The notes: generated by a model from the letters alone, not told the origin. DNA of 64,000 nucleotides from Octopus vulgaris (GCA_951406725.2 OX597821.1:43524001-43588000); one strand, 5' to 3'; counted from the stretch's first letter, positions 12,242 through 26,517 are shown. Numbers and translations: made by a program.

Positions 12242-15121
12242 TTCAGGCTGTATTAGATTTATAAATTTATGTTCAACTTATCAGAGCTAATTTATAGCTG
12301 CAAAATTATGAGCAAAATAAGTTCATTAATACTTTTAATATTGGCAACTTCAGAGATAACCATAATTGAGCTAAGTTTATGTCTTCTTTTGAATTGTATT
12401 AGATGGATGGTTCTTACGTAGTTATCTACTACAGTAGTCTATTAAGCATATACATCACATGGAAATGCACATCAAACTGTTGTAGTTTAAATCATATGGT
12501 CAGTCTTATGAATTGAATTGCTGTTATTGTGTATTCCTTGTTCTTATTAAGACTGTGCTGTCCCATCTAATTTGTATATTTAAGCTTTGGTTTCTTTATC
12601 ATACTTTTGATTTGTCAGAAGTTTTTACTATTTGAAAACTCAAGAATGTAATAAGAGATAATTTAGGAAGGATTTGATCCTCATATGCTACACATGTGGC
12701 TCTTGATTATGAAGATGGTGTCTTTAGGAAAGTATGCAATTTCACTATGAGAAAGTTTAAAATGGTTGTTGGCACAGTTCCTATCTCTCCCCCCTTCACC
12801 CCGTTTCTACTGTGTAGTAGTTATTACCTAGCATGTGGAGAAGTTGTTGGAATACTAAGTATCCCCATTTGACAACCATTATGGTTTGTATTAAATATTC
12901 TCTCTCATATTCACCTTGTGTGTACCTTCTCTTTCTCACTTGCTTGTCTCACAGTAGTTTTGTCTTGAATTTACCATCATATATACATATAGACTGTCAT
13001 GCAGTAACAAAAATAAACAACAAACACCATTGTTGATGTTTTTTTTTGGCATTCTGCATTAGATGGTGTGTTTTTGAGGCTGACTATTGAGTGAATTCTA
13101 TTCAGAAACAGAGATATTGTGGATGACAAAATCCTTCTTTTAGGTAAATTGAATAACACAATAACTAAATTACATAAATGTGCTTTTTTTTTTATTGCTT
13201 TGACCTGATGACATTCAGAATGAGTTCAATTACAGTATCTAAAGATATAATTATCCACTTTAGTTATGATGTCTGTGGATGTGAAATATTTTAGTTGTCA
13301 TCCTCATTCATATGCTACTAAAATTTTTCCCACATTTCTATGCTTGGTTAAATCTACAGGACTGACACTGAAATATATAAGAGAATATTTGGGTTGCCTT
13401 TTAGATGCTCTTTCACTGGGATATGTGGGAGGGGGCAAAGTTCATTGTTTCTTTACCATAGCCTAACTTGTTGCTATTAGAATTGTATAACAATACTTTA
13501 TTATAAATGTAACCATTCTGTTTTGATATATATATATTTGTCAAGTATATTTGAAAATGTTTCAGTAACTTTAAGGCTTATCTTACTATTTAGTCACTAT
13601 TGACATCCTCCACCCAGATAAAAAAAATAAATAAACCAACTTATGTAAATGGTTTAGCTCTTTACAATGATATTTTAATATGACATATGACTTTTTTCTC
13701 AAGTATATTCTCTCTTCCACTTTGAGTTGTGTTAAATTTCAATTGGTCAGTAAGCGATTCTTAAGGAAATGGATTGATTCTTTTTTCGTTTTCTTTTCTT
13801 TCCTCATGAAAGGTCACCCTCTATTGTAGGAGTGGTATTTATCTGAAACTATTAAACTGCATAGTTTGGTTTTTAAAATTTGGAAAATTGGTTGAAAATC
13901 ATTTATATAATTGCTGCATTATTTATGTAATAATATTCTCTTAGATATATTATTTTACTCCTTTTCATCTTGTTTTCTTTTAAAGATTTCTCTTACATAA
14001 AAGTGACTAACTTTCTGACAATTTTGGCTTTAAAATGGCAAAAATAAATGGGTTGCATTTTAATGTTTCAGAATTAGACTTTGGTCTGTCATGAGCACTA
14101 GGACTCATAAGATTGAAGTTTAAATTGGTTTCCATGGCATATAAGTTACTGAATGAGCTGCTAGTTTGTCACAGGGTCAGCTTCTCAGTTATTGCTGGAA
14201 CCTTGTTTACAGTTGAGTGGACTGGGTGCAATGTGAAAGGAAGTGTTTTGTTCAAAAACAATGCACTTCAGCTGTGGTACTTCAGAATTTGTGGTGGGAA
14301 CCTACAAAAATCATTTTTTAAATTGATTTTAATTAATAATTAAAATTTATAGATGCTGTTGTTTGGATTGGCAGAATCAGTAACATGTCAAATAAAAAAA
14401 TACCTTATGATATTCCTGTTGTGTACCTTTACATTCTGTGCTCAAATCCTGCGTAGAAAGGCTTTGCCTGTCATTTTTCTAGGGTCAATAAAACAAGCAT
14501 TAGTTAAATACTGAGAGGATGGAGTTCAATCTATTCAACTGTATCTGTCCCCTAAATTTGAAGCCTTGTCTTATCAACATTCTTTGGCAGGATTGGTTGT
14601 GTTGTGATGTTTAGTGTTATATCTCTTTGTTATGAGTTCAAATCTTGATAAAATAATCAGCAATCAAGTAAAGAGTTTAATTAACGCTCATTATTGTTAT
14701 CATTATCACATATATTGGGCTTGATGAATTAATAAATGCTAGAGTTTGAGCCTGTATCTCGTGAAAAATAAATCATCACCAACATCAACATCATCGTAAT
14801 TGTACTATCATGTGTCATAGATATTTGCATCTTTTTATCCTTGAATAAGAAGTGAAACTTCAACAAGTTACTAGAGTTGTGGTTTTAGCCTAGTAATATG
14901 ATCACCGTACTATGGTGATAAAATAAAAATCTACTTTGTCCATTGATTGAAGTTACATTGTCATGGTTGCACAAAAAGCTACTAGTGATAATGAGTGTTC
15001 ATTGTCAGCTTATTACATACCAGCTCTCTCTCTTTCTCACTACTAATTATATTGTTATATATCATTATTTTTGTGAAAAGTTTTAGCAATAATACTTATA
15101 TATATTTATTTTGTTTTGCAG

Positions 15122-15167
15122 TGGTTCAAGTACAGTAGCCATTGATAATAAAATAGAACAAGCAATG
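15122..15167 (+). CDS. TSC22-domain family gene (TSC22D/bunched-like), internal exon encoding the first half of the TSC box
   Basis: Acceptor ttgttttgcag| and donor ATG|gtaagt. The exon reads (x)GSSTVAIDNKIEQAM, matching the TSC22 signature VAIDNKIEQAM. It starts in phase 2, ends in phase 0, and joins 21626 in frame. Confidence 0.96.
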
Positions 15168-16449
15168 GTAAGTGATCTTTTTTAAATAACTCTTTGCAAT
15201 TAATGTGGAAAATTATCTTCAAAATATTGATTATATACCTTTTGAACTGTTTATATATTTGAGGTGTCTAGTACTGCATCTCTCAACATGAGCTGATGAC
15301 TAATGCTCAATTGGCAGTTTTAGAACTGAAAACATTCATACATATTTGGATAAAGGAAAGCTGTATTGCTAGACATGTTTGGTTATATTGGAAATGGATT
15401 TAAGTTTGACTGTTGCACTGTGTGTGTGTTTATATATATGTTTATGGGAAGGAGAGAGAGAGATGGGGGACTGTGTAGAATAAAGAAATAGTTATAGAGA
15501 TCTGTTCATAGTTGGATTGTGTTAGGAATGGCATCAAGACGATGAAATCATTAATTGCCTACATTGAATGAAAGTGGTTGAATCAATCCGTATGTTTAGT
15601 TTGTATAGTGTGGTGCACATATTGAAAGTAGTAAGAATGCACGTGATGGGTGTAAACTATGTAGTTATTGATTCTGCGTTTAGGTAGCTAACTTTAGGCT
15701 GGTAATAGTTTTGAAAATTTCTACTCTAGTATGGATCTCCATTGGTTGTTTTAGTAAATATTTAAAAGTAAATTTTTTTTTTTTTTAATTAGCAGAAATT
15801 AAAAAAAAACATCTTCAACCTTCTGAATAATTATTTATCATCATTTAATATGCTTGTTCCATGCCGGTTTGGGTTGGGTAGTTTGAAAAGAACTAAACAG
15901 TGAAATAGACAAAGTAGATTGGAGCATAGTGCACCCCTTCGGGAGGGCATTTTCATTGTCTACTTTGATGTGGATGGATGCCAATGTTGACAGTGCCTAA
16001 TGCCAACCACTTTATGGAGTATACTGGGTGTTTTTCTTTGTGCTGCCAGCATTAGTGAGGTTGCTATGCTGCTTGCAAGACTATGATCCTGATAGGGGTA
16101 ACTTTATGCTCAGAGATGAGGGGGTTAAAGTATTAGAGAATGTGCCAGTGCTGTAGAAAAGCTACATGGCTATCCATGTTTTAGAAAAGAAGGCAGAGGT
16201 GATCAAGATGGAGCTGGGAAAAGGTAAAAATAATGGTGATGAGGTGTCTGGATGAACCCTCAAGATGTGAGGTGAGTAGGAGTGAGGACAAAAGAAATGA
16301 GATTGTAGGTGAGTAAAAGTTGCATTCTGAGTAATGAGATTGTAGGTGAGTAAAAGTTGCATTCATATATTCTATATGAATTTAGTTGAGAAATTTTCTT
16401 AACTGTCTGAAGAATTTCTAGAATTCCCTATATTAGTGCATTATCATAA

Positions 16450-16945
16450 TTCATTTAATGTCTGTTTTCTATGTTGGCATGGACAGCTTGACAAAAAGTG
16501 GCATTGTCAGGAGCTGCACCACGTTCCATAATCGGTTTTGGCTTGGTTTTTACTGCTGGATGACTTTCCTAATGCCAACTACTTTACAGAGTGTACTGGG
16601 TGCTTTTTACATGGCACCATCACCAGTGCTTTTTACATGATACCATTATGAGTGCTTTTTATGTAGTACCAACACCAATATGTTTTATGTGGAACCTTGG
16701 TTTTAGGATATCAATTCTGTTGTGGTGAACAGCTTTTCTTGAGTACAGCAATGCACCACATATCTAAGTCCTCTGTCATCTGCTTCATAAGGATCAGCCT
16801 TCAATACTTTGTTCCATGTCTTCTTGGGTTTCCCTCTTCCACAAACTCTGTCCACTTAAAGGGATCAGCACTTGTTTATGCATCTGTCCTTATCCTTCCA
16901 GCTCGTGTGACCAAACCAGTGCAGCCCCCTCTCTTGCACACTGCA
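16450..16945 (-). mobile_element. RTE-clade LINE 3' end (ORF C-terminus plus 3' UTR), decayed
   Basis: The minus strand contains GGGAAACCCAAGAAGACATGG (GKPKKTW motif) followed by the shared tail TGGCATTAGGAAAGTCATCCAGCAGTAAAA...CATGCCAACATAGAAAACAGACATTAAATGA. Confidence 0.7.
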
Positions 16946-19350
16946 TATATAATTCCTCTTATGCTTAACTTTTCTTTCAGTACACCTAGTGCTTTTTCCA
17001 TTTTCTCTGTATTGTTGCCAAATTGACTCCCCCAATTTTGAACTCTTGTCAGACTTATGAAATGTAGTTTTCTAATTGCTATATTGTTTAGAACTACTTC
17101 CTAACCCATTTCCTCTATTTCCTGAATGAGAAACTATTATCTCAATTCTCATTATAGTTTAACTTCTCACATGTGCAAAAATAATAGATCAATATGAATT
17201 GAAATTCTCTCTTTAAGCTTTTTTTTGGTTTGAAAATATTTGATAATGATATGCCATTTCTTATCCTGCTTTCCTTATAGCTGAATCAAGTCTTTCACTG
17301 CTATCGGTGTTTTTTTTTTCTTTGTTAAAAATTACATTCACATTTTCTTCCCTAGCAGTTCTTTTAGAATTGAGGACTACATTTTGAATCTGAGATTGAT
17401 AGTGATCAATTAACAGTAATATTTTAACCTGAGATTAATAATGATCAATCAATGGCAATATTTCTGCTGCTAAAAATAAAACTTCATATGATTTTTTCTG
17501 GATTATCTTAATTTTCATTAGTTGGTATCTAGTTAGTAAACTGTACTCACATTGTTCTTGACATCGCTTTATCTGTTGTTAAATATTCTAAGAATATAAA
17601 AACCTTTTTTTGACCAGAGATACTTGTCTATTCATAATCAATATTCCCTCCAGCAAATAACATGAAATTTCTATTAACTATTTGCTACTGTTTGCTAGCA
17701 TGTGCGAACAGTTTGAAAGGAATAATAGCAGAAAGAAAAATCATTCTTTTCCAAATAATATACAGAAATGTATTAATCCTAATGGAACAAGAATATTTGA
17801 AAATAGCTAAATCTGACAGGAGAATGAGTTTTAGTTAATAATCAATTATCAAATCATTATATCTGCTGGGAAGGTGCTATAGTGAGGTAGTTCTAGGTTG
17901 AATCAATTTATATTCTATCCAGTTTTAGATCCTGGAAAATATATTTGCTTTCTTTGAATATGTTAGACCTTGAGAGATGGAGGCAAGTTATTCTCAACAG
18001 GAGCTGAACCTAGAACACATCAGGATATATGTAAAGTATTTAATCTGCCCCATGATGACCATTGTCTTTTAAAGAAATTGATATTGATAAGTGTTATAGT
18101 TAGGAAGTGACTAAACTAGATAACATAAAGAAGAATAACATGAAAGAAAATGCTGATACGATATGCACATGTCAGTCAGTTTGAAAAGAAATACAAATAA
18201 ATGTAATTTTTCTAATGATTATAAAATTATATATTGTATGAAGCATATACTGATATACTGAATGTGATAAAACATTTTGTCCATTGTAGCTCCATCTGCA
18301 TAGATTTGTCACTTGTAATTGCATAACTGTATCATGAATATTGGTGATGAGAATAAGAATTTTTATGGCTGAATGATTTTCCCTAGCACTAATATTATTT
18401 TTATTTCTAACATGTTCATTTGAATAGAGTGGATTTTATAAATTTGAGCATTTTTCAATAGTGCTGCTGCTATTAACATCCGACAAAATGTATGAAGTGG
18501 GTGTGGTACTGGTTTTCAACACAGTAATGTCTTGTATGATATCACTACATTGAACAGATGATAATGATGATGATGATGATTATAGTTATTAGTCAAGAAC
18601 TTTAATCTGATATGACACTGTGCAGCAGTTAAGTTGCAGAACAAGAAAAACCACTTAAATAATAATGTGTATCCACACCACAGATAGGATTAAAATAGAT
18701 TAATACAATTTAAAATTAAATAACAAAAACTGAAATTATGCACAATTTTATTTCATACCAGAACAGATTAGGCAGATTTTGCTATGAGAGGGACTTGGTA
18801 GAAATTGTGAAATATTACATTAAATGCTTTAAGTAGTTTTCTACATTTCAAGTTGAAATTCCATTAAAATTAACTCTTATATCACAACAAATAACTTTAA
18901 ACTTATTTCACCATTTTTCTCTTCCATATATCACTGTTTCTCTTTGTTTATTTTGTCATTATATTTGGTAAGCAAAAATTTCAAAGAAAACTTGATACAG
19001 AATAATTTTTTTTTAAAGTGATATTATCGTCAATTATATTATAGTGAGTCATTTGTATTTGATGTAAAATAGAGACTATCTGCTATAACGAGCACAAAAA
19101 ATTAGGTTTCTCAGCAGCTGCAATATTCCTTTTGTAGCCAAATTCTTTCTCCACCAAAGAAACTATTTTACATTTTGATGCCAAAAGATTTGTGAACAAT
19201 AAGGAAGTCATTTGTTGATATTTTTTTCTTGTTTCATGTTTTATACACATATTAGCTTATGTGAGTGCAAATATATACGAAAGGGTGTGGACTATGTTTT
19301 AAATTGGTTTTCCCATGGCATAAGTTTGCAGCATAGCATGTTACCGTTAG

Positions 19351-19479
19351 TTTCCACCATGCACTATCAAAGCTGTGATTCCTTATTATCAGGTTGGACC
19401 TTACTTCTTCCCATATCCACCTATGTACAATGTTGACAGTGGCAGAGTAGAAACTGATAACCTGATGAAAATGAAACTG
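19351..19479 (+). CDS. Candidate alternative TSC22 exon paralogous to the TSC-box exon
   Basis: Open frame FPPCTIKAVIPYYQVGPYFFPYPPMYNVDSGRVETDNLMKMKL ending at CTG|gttagt in phase 0. VETDNLMKMKL aligns without gaps to VAIDNKIEQAM. Possible acceptors at 19350 (phase 0) and 19439 (phase 2), and an in-frame ATG at 19423. Confidence 0.5.
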
Positions 19480-19963
19480 GTTAGTGGTAGTGATGGGGTT
19501 AGTCAATGCCAGTTGAGAGCTGATCACATGTATAAAATCAGCCTTCTTGATACATTTGGTGCTGTTATTATATAATCTACACATCTGATTTAGTAGGAAG
19601 TGCACTTGATGTGTTTATGACTGTATGAAATCTAATAATTTACAAGGAAATATTTGAATTTTGTCATAAAATATGAAACAGCATAAAACATGACATTACA
19701 CATGAATGAATTAGAAATTTGGTCTGTAATTTTAAATTCCTGCAGCTGCTTGCTTCTGTTTGAAATTATTATTTTTGTTATCATTGGTAGCAACATTGTG
19801 AAGTCACAGAAGATTTGGTTTTGTTAGTGCTACTTTCCTATGATTCTTTTGCTACTCTAATTTTCTGTGAATAAAAATAACTTGAAGGTTTTGTATGAAT
19901 GGTGTTGATCATCTCAACTGACAATTAGAAATAACTATTTGCATATACCCATTATTTGATATA

Positions 19964-20301
19964 TAGTGACCCCCTTCGGTCAGACACTGACCATGGGTTT
20001 GCACCTAGAGAGTTACCCTCTGAGGCACAAGTCTGGGCAAGGTTGTTTTATGGAAGACCAGCAGTCGCCCATGCATACCGGCCTCCCCTCTCCACGTCAC
20101 CGATGTTGTCCAAGGGAAAGGCAAGGGCCGATACAGCTTGGCACCTGTGACGTCGCAACTCATTTCTACAGCTGAGTGAACTGGAGCAACGTGAAATAAA
20201 GTGTCTTGCTCAAGAACACAAGACGCAGCCCGGTCCGGGATTCGAGCTCACAACCTCACGATCATAAGCTCGACGCTCTAACCACTGAGCCACGCGCCTT
20301 C
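19964..20301 (-). mobile_element. Young tRNA-derived CORE-SINE (second family) in the last TSC22 intron
   Basis: Minus strand GGCGCGTGGCTCAGTGGTTAGAGCG (A box) ... GAGCTCGAATCCC (B box) ... TTGTGTTCTTGAGCAAGACACTT (CORE-like). CpGs are retained. A related fragment lies at about 9385-9520. Confidence 0.85.
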
Positions 20302-20772
20302 ATATATATATGAGAGATAATGGTGCCATTGAGACCCAAAGGTGTCAGGTAATACTGAATAAGTGCTATAGACAGACAATAGTTAAATTCCAGATTTGGT
20401 AATATTATGAATAAAGGGTTCAATGCTGGTTCTATGTCAGCGTGTGTATATATGAATTTTTTTGCATAATGAGATAAAAAAACCAAGGCTGTGTAGATAT
20501 TAACATTTATAGATAGGTCTTATAGCTGTTTCTAGGATATTAATTAATAATATCCCTTCATTGGAGATGGTGTGAGAGGAAAAGTTAAGTATGTGATACA
20601 AATAAAGAGTGAGGTGGAGGAAAGAAAATAGATGTAAGATATATATGGTTATTGAATTTGTAAATCCATTTTATAGGCATAATGGTATATATGTGTAATA
20701 TTCCAATATTCTTTGAGTAAAATCCAAAAGTCCAACAGGGTTTAATATGAGTCCATCCAGATGTAGAGTTTA

Positions 20773-21409
<637 letters not shown>

Positions 21410-21625
21410 CCACCAATGCATTGTAAAACCAGAAAATATATCTATGTACTTCCTTATTTCCTAAATGGAAAATAATCAGTGTAAATACTTTTGTAATTAA
21501 CAGCAGTAAAATGTAGTTTTAAGAGAAATAGTTTTGTAGTGGAGCGAAAAAGCAGTAGGGAAAAAATATGAACTGTGTGATGGGTTTTGAATATGTTTTA
21601 ATATGTTTACTCTTTATTTTAACAG

Positions 21626-21820
21626 GACTTGGTGAAAAGTCATTTGATGTTTGCTGTAAGGGAAGAAGTAGAAGTTCTGAAAGAACAAATCAAGGAATTG
21701 ACAGAGAAAAATAACCAATTAGAGTATGAAAACAGTATTTTGCGAACTTCTGCAAGTCCAGATACATTATCAAAACTAAGTCAACCTCGACCACAACCAC
21801 CTGCTGCGACCACTTCTTAA
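21626..21820 (+). CDS. TSC22-domain family gene, terminal coding exon (rest of TSC box, leucine zipper, Pro/Gln tail)
   Basis: Acceptor tctttattttaacag|GAC. Reads [64 protein letters not shown], the canonical TSC22/GILZ/Bunched motif with heptad leucines. The ORF-track start at 21629 is an internal TTG. Confidence 0.97.
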   Translation, partial: DLVKSHLMFAVREEVEVLKEQIKELTEKNNQLEYENSILRTSASPDTLSKLSQPRPQPPAATTS

Positions 21821-23880
21821 CAGTATGTTTACCTGGTCAGTGCAGGAATATCACTGTTATGTCAAGCTAGTGATATAGTGGTGTATGTAACTATGCCATC
21901 TGGCTGGATTTATACTCTTTCTAATTTCTATTGCCACCTCTATCACTTCTATCACCAACTATAGGAAATTATGATTTCAAGCACTGCTTCAAGCCGATGA
22001 ATGAATTCACTTACTACAGCGGCTGGCTTGCTAGATACCATGAAGATGTCAAGACGGGTTGGTTGACAAAAAGTTTGAACAACATCTTCCTGAAAACATG
22101 AAACTGTTGGCTTTCCTTTTGTTTTGATTATAAAAAAAAAAAATGTTGTTGGGAGCAATGAGTAAATAAATGGTTATGGCATTTGAAAGTAAAACAAGTA
22201 CTGAAAACAGCATGATAGTTGGTATGTCAGAGCCATTGTCACTGAAGTTATCATTTTTTTTTTTTTAATTCTATTTCGTAGACATATTTAATTTTTTTTT
22301 AATACATATATTTTTTTTAATTACTCCAACTATTTTATTTAATACTCTACTAATTTACATACCTGTTTATAATCTCCCCACCCCCACCAGTTGTTACCAT
22401 TTGATTTCTTTTCCTGATTTCACTCCAGAGAAAATGTAACTCTTTGGCTGCTCACTGCTATTGGATGTAACAATCACAATCCTTATTAATTTGGCTTTTC
22501 TGTGTTCAGTGACACAAATCTGCCTTGTTTTTTTTCTTTTCTTTCATTTTTTTTTTTTGGACACATTAAGATTAATAGTTATCTAAATAGATTGTTAATC
22601 TTTTAGGCTTCAGTTTGAAGTTGACTTTTTATTGATACTATTTTCATTAAATGGAATATTTATTTACTTAAGCTGATTGCTATACAATATTTGTATATTC
22701 TACAGAAAACTGATTTAATTATCAAGTGCTCTTGTTTTTAGGGTCTTATTCTGAAAATATTTCAAGAATATCAGTAGATATAATTTTTTTTCTTTTACTC
22801 TTCAGCTTTTATTTTTATTTTTAATTACTATTAATATTGTAAAGAAAATCATTATAAATATTAAAAAGAAATTATTATTATTGTTATTACTATTAAAGAT
22901 AATTTAATTCTTTGCTATCTTAATACCACAATGTTTTGCAAGTGCATAATTTAATTATTTTTCTTTAAACAATGTGATATTTGAATTTCTAAATTAAAAA
23001 AAAATTCTATATTAAAAAATATAAATTCAAAAGCAGTTTATTTTCAAACTTGTGAATTACCTGATTTGGAGAAACCTTGGTTTTACTTCCTCTTTTCAGT
23101 GCTGCTTTACTACAATTACATTTGTACTTCAACTGAGCATTTCACTGCTTGACAAATGGCAGTTGATCAGAGTAGCCAAAGGCCAATTCTACAAGTCTTC
23201 GGACTTTGATATGTATTTGCAACTAACATTCAGCTTACATAACACAACATTGCACATTGCAACATACATGAGATTGCTTGCAGGTATATTTGCAGTCAGA
23301 TGTGAGCAGGAACACAAGCAGTTCCTAAGATTGTATATGTAAACTTTTTTGAAGTGCATTACATACTATATTGTATGTTTCCTTTGTTAACTTCTCACAA
23401 CGTGTAGAAGTTTAAGCTAAACTTAATAAATACAGTACAATATTTTATACTCAGGCATTCAATGAATGGACAAAGCCAAGGCAAAAAAAAACAAATAAAA
23501 AAACAAACAAACAAACAAAAAAAAAAAGAATACATTTGAATGTATTATTCAATCCAAACATTTATATCTGTGTATATATCTGTGCTGTATCTTTTTAAAA
23601 AATCCTACTCATTTGCTGTAAAGCCAGAGGTTAAACTGGTACTGCAGCTGACAAAACTGGCAGCATTCTTTTAATACTGTCTGTTGATGCTTTCTTCTTA
23701 TACCGAAAATGTGGAGTCAGTTTTGCATATGTGCCCACCATCCCTCTTAACTATAAGATGTCAGAACTGAACAACTTTTCACTCTTGGATTATCCCTTAC
23801 CCCCATGAAAAACAAATATATCATTGTAACATCTTTTCTTGTATAAATGAATAAACTGAAGATTTTTATTAAATTCTACT
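21821..23880 (+). other. Probable 3' UTR of the TSC22 gene
   Basis: About 2 kb with no recognisable transposon in an otherwise repeat-saturated window. U-rich, with AATAAA at 23425-23430 and at 23850-23855, the latter followed by U-rich sequence. The end point is inferred. Confidence 0.6.
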
Positions 23881-24432
23881 CTTTACCTTATTTTACAAAA
23901 ATGCTTTTTTCCAAACAATATTTCTTGTTTCTGTTCAGTGAGAAATTCTATTTGGTGATTCATCATTACTGATGTTTTCTAAACGAAAGAAAATTTATGG
24001 GTGTTCCTTAAATTTTTTAACAGTAGCCATAGTGAGACTAGAGCTTTATTCTCCTCCTTCATTGATTTACTGTAATACATTAACACAATACTAGGAAGTC
24101 ATTTATACACTGGAGACTACCAGTGTGTGCAACATATTTATAGAAATATTTTGATAGCTGACAGCATTATGGGAATATGCTACTAGCTGTTTATGGGGGT
24201 GTGTGGAAGAAATCTAATATAAGCGTTCTCTTTCTAAGGTGTGCCTTTGCTTAACAGGAAAGTTCTATTTATGTAAAGTACGATTTTTAAATTTTCAACT
24301 ACATAGTTTTTCAGTTTGGGTCCACTGTGTGACCTTAGGCAAGTGTCTTCTACAATAGACCAGGGCCTATCAAACTCTTGTGGGGCGAATTTAGTAGAGG
24401 GGAAACTGGTTGTATGTGTGTGTGTACACACA

Positions 24433-25300
24433 CATGGTGTCCCAAGAAAATGTATACACTCATTGAATGATTATAAAGTTAGTGTTTATTGAAATACATT
24501 TCATTTTCAAAATTTAATATCATCTACAGACAGAATTTAATTTTTTTTTAATGAATTCTTGTTTCCAAACTGATGACTGGTCTGCTCCAGGCACTGCTGA
24601 TAATGCAAAGCAATGGAATTGCAGACATCAAGAAGCATTTCATTTGGTATTTGAGCACATTCTAATTCAATGGCTGCTCTCAGTTTGACTGTTGCTGACT
24701 TTGTACTGCAAACTTTATTTTCTAAGCATTCCAGTGAACATGGAGGGTATTCTGCTGAATCTCTTCATCTAATTGACCTGTTTGGCAAAATTTCATCAAG
24801 GTTGACTCTTACATTGCTGTGGTAGTGTGGAGTGCCCCATCTTGGAAATATAATTCCATATCTTCAACACCTTCTTGAATGCTTGGCATGACAGAACATG
24901 TTGCAGAAAGTTCAAGTAAATGGGACTAGTCACAATAGGTGCCCCACCATACAGTAATTCCTGATAGATTAATATGATTTTCCTCCAAATTATGTGGATT
25001 CTCAGGCACCCTAGTTGGTGCAATTGTGGCAGTTGAGCCATTTAATTTGAATGTAGCCTCATCACTCCAAGCAAATTTTGTACTTCTACTACACGATTTG
25101 TCAAGTGCCACTTGTAAAACTCCCTTCTTTGGTGTAAATCATCTTCATTGAGAGAATAAACTATCACATTTTGAAGCACTGTCATTGGAAAAATTACATT
25201 CCAAAAATAGACATTCAATTTTGAAATTCCTATTTCATGACTTGCGTGCTGTCCACATTTTCTTGATCTCATTTTTACTACTTGCTTCATAGGCTAAAAT
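24433..25300 (-). mobile_element. Decayed IS630/Tc1-mariner superfamily transposon ([10 protein letters not shown]-type DDE transposase)
   Basis: Minus-strand fragments [31 protein letters not shown] and the C-terminal LRAAIELECAQIPNEMLLDVCNSI. TIR-like CATGGTGTCCC at 24433. The 5' part is missing next to the mariner at 25347. Confidence 0.8.
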
Positions 25301-25346
25301 GTTTGGACATTTTATGTGCAAAAGATAATATTTAAATTTGTATTTA

Positions 25347-26517
25347 TGAAGGTGGGCTGAAAAGTTTATAGGCTGGTTATGAAGGAGTGATGTTAGAGCT
25401 GTGAAATCTTGCAGGCGTTAATTCCAACCCTTCTTATTAATAAATGCATTGTTTCTTTCCAGGTAATTTCACTGTTCAAAGAAGACTTCAGAAGTAACTA
25501 GTGGCGACTACTCTTGAAAATAGTCAAACAAGGCTGCTGTGTTATGGGATGACACTCCAGCTTTATCAACAGTGCAAAAGCAGGCAGCTGAATTTAGGAG
25601 GGGAAGGGAGACTCTTGAAGATGACCCAACGTCTGACCATCTTGCAGCTACCACCACTGAGGAACAAAAATCATGTTCACCACATGGTGATGGATGACAA
25701 GCAATTGACTATAAATCAAATAGCCAATGCTATTAACATGTCCCATGAGAGAGTTGAAAATATTGTACATGATGAACTTGGCATGATGAAGGTTTCTGCT
25801 TGGTGGGTATCACATCTGACACCTGATCAAAAGCACACCAGGCTGATCACATCAGAGGAAAATCTGAAATTGCTTGAGGCAGATCTAGTTGGTTTCCTTG
25901 AACGCTTCCTAAGTCAGGATGAGTGTTGGGTTTATCACTTTGAGCCAGTGACAAAGGGACATTCCATGCAGTGGAAACACTTCTCCTTAAATGCTCCAAA
26001 GAAGACCAAGATCATTTCATCTACTGGGAACATGATGGCCACAATTTTTTGGGATGCAGAAGGCATTGTGTTTATTGACTATCTTCAAAAGGGCCATGGT
26101 ACTCTGCCAACCTGCTGAGGCAATTACAAAAAGCTATCAAGACCAAACACCCAGGAAAACTGATGAAATGGTCTTGTTTCATGAGGACAATTCTCTAGCA
26201 TGTAAATCCTTGCTGGAGAATTGTGCATGACTGTGGCTTTGAACTGGTTGGTCACCCTCCCTACTGGATTTGTCCACATCTGACTATCATCTGTTCCTCA
26301 ACATTATAAAGCACTTGGTTGGGAACCAGCATCAGCTGTTGATGGCTTTTTTTGACCAACAGGGTGAAAGCCAGTTCACCAATGGGATCCAAACACTGAA
26401 ACACCGATGGAAGAAGTGTGTGGACTGCAAAGGGGACTATATTGAAAAATAAACCTCATTTGGTCACATTCCATGAGAGTATCTTGGTCAGCCTATGAAC
26501 ATTTCAGCTGACCCTTG
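25347..26517 (+). mobile_element. Near full-length decayed mariner (irritans/Hsmar2-like DD34D)
   Basis: TA|TGAAGGTGGGCTGAAAAGTTTATAGGCTG ... CAGCCTATGAACATTTCAGCTGACCCTTG|TA. Motifs DECWVYHFEP, FWDAEGIVFIDYLQKG, HEDN, HPPY, DYHLF and WKKCVDCKGDYIEK. Frameshifted. Confidence 0.93.

Noticed and set aside
16296-16364. Tandem 37-bp duplication containing GTGAGT donor-like sites
   Set aside because: It is a local duplication in degraded repeat sequence, and I could not build a convincing exon.
21818-21830. Stop-codon readthrough of TSC22
   Set aside because: The stop is TAA followed by CAGTAT, not the leaky TGA-CTA context, and nothing else in the sequence supports readthrough.
25501-26118. 205-aa ORF as a functional transposase or SETMAR-like gene
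   Set aside because: It is a frameshifted mosaic inside a TIR-bounded decayed mariner, and the catalytic region is broken.
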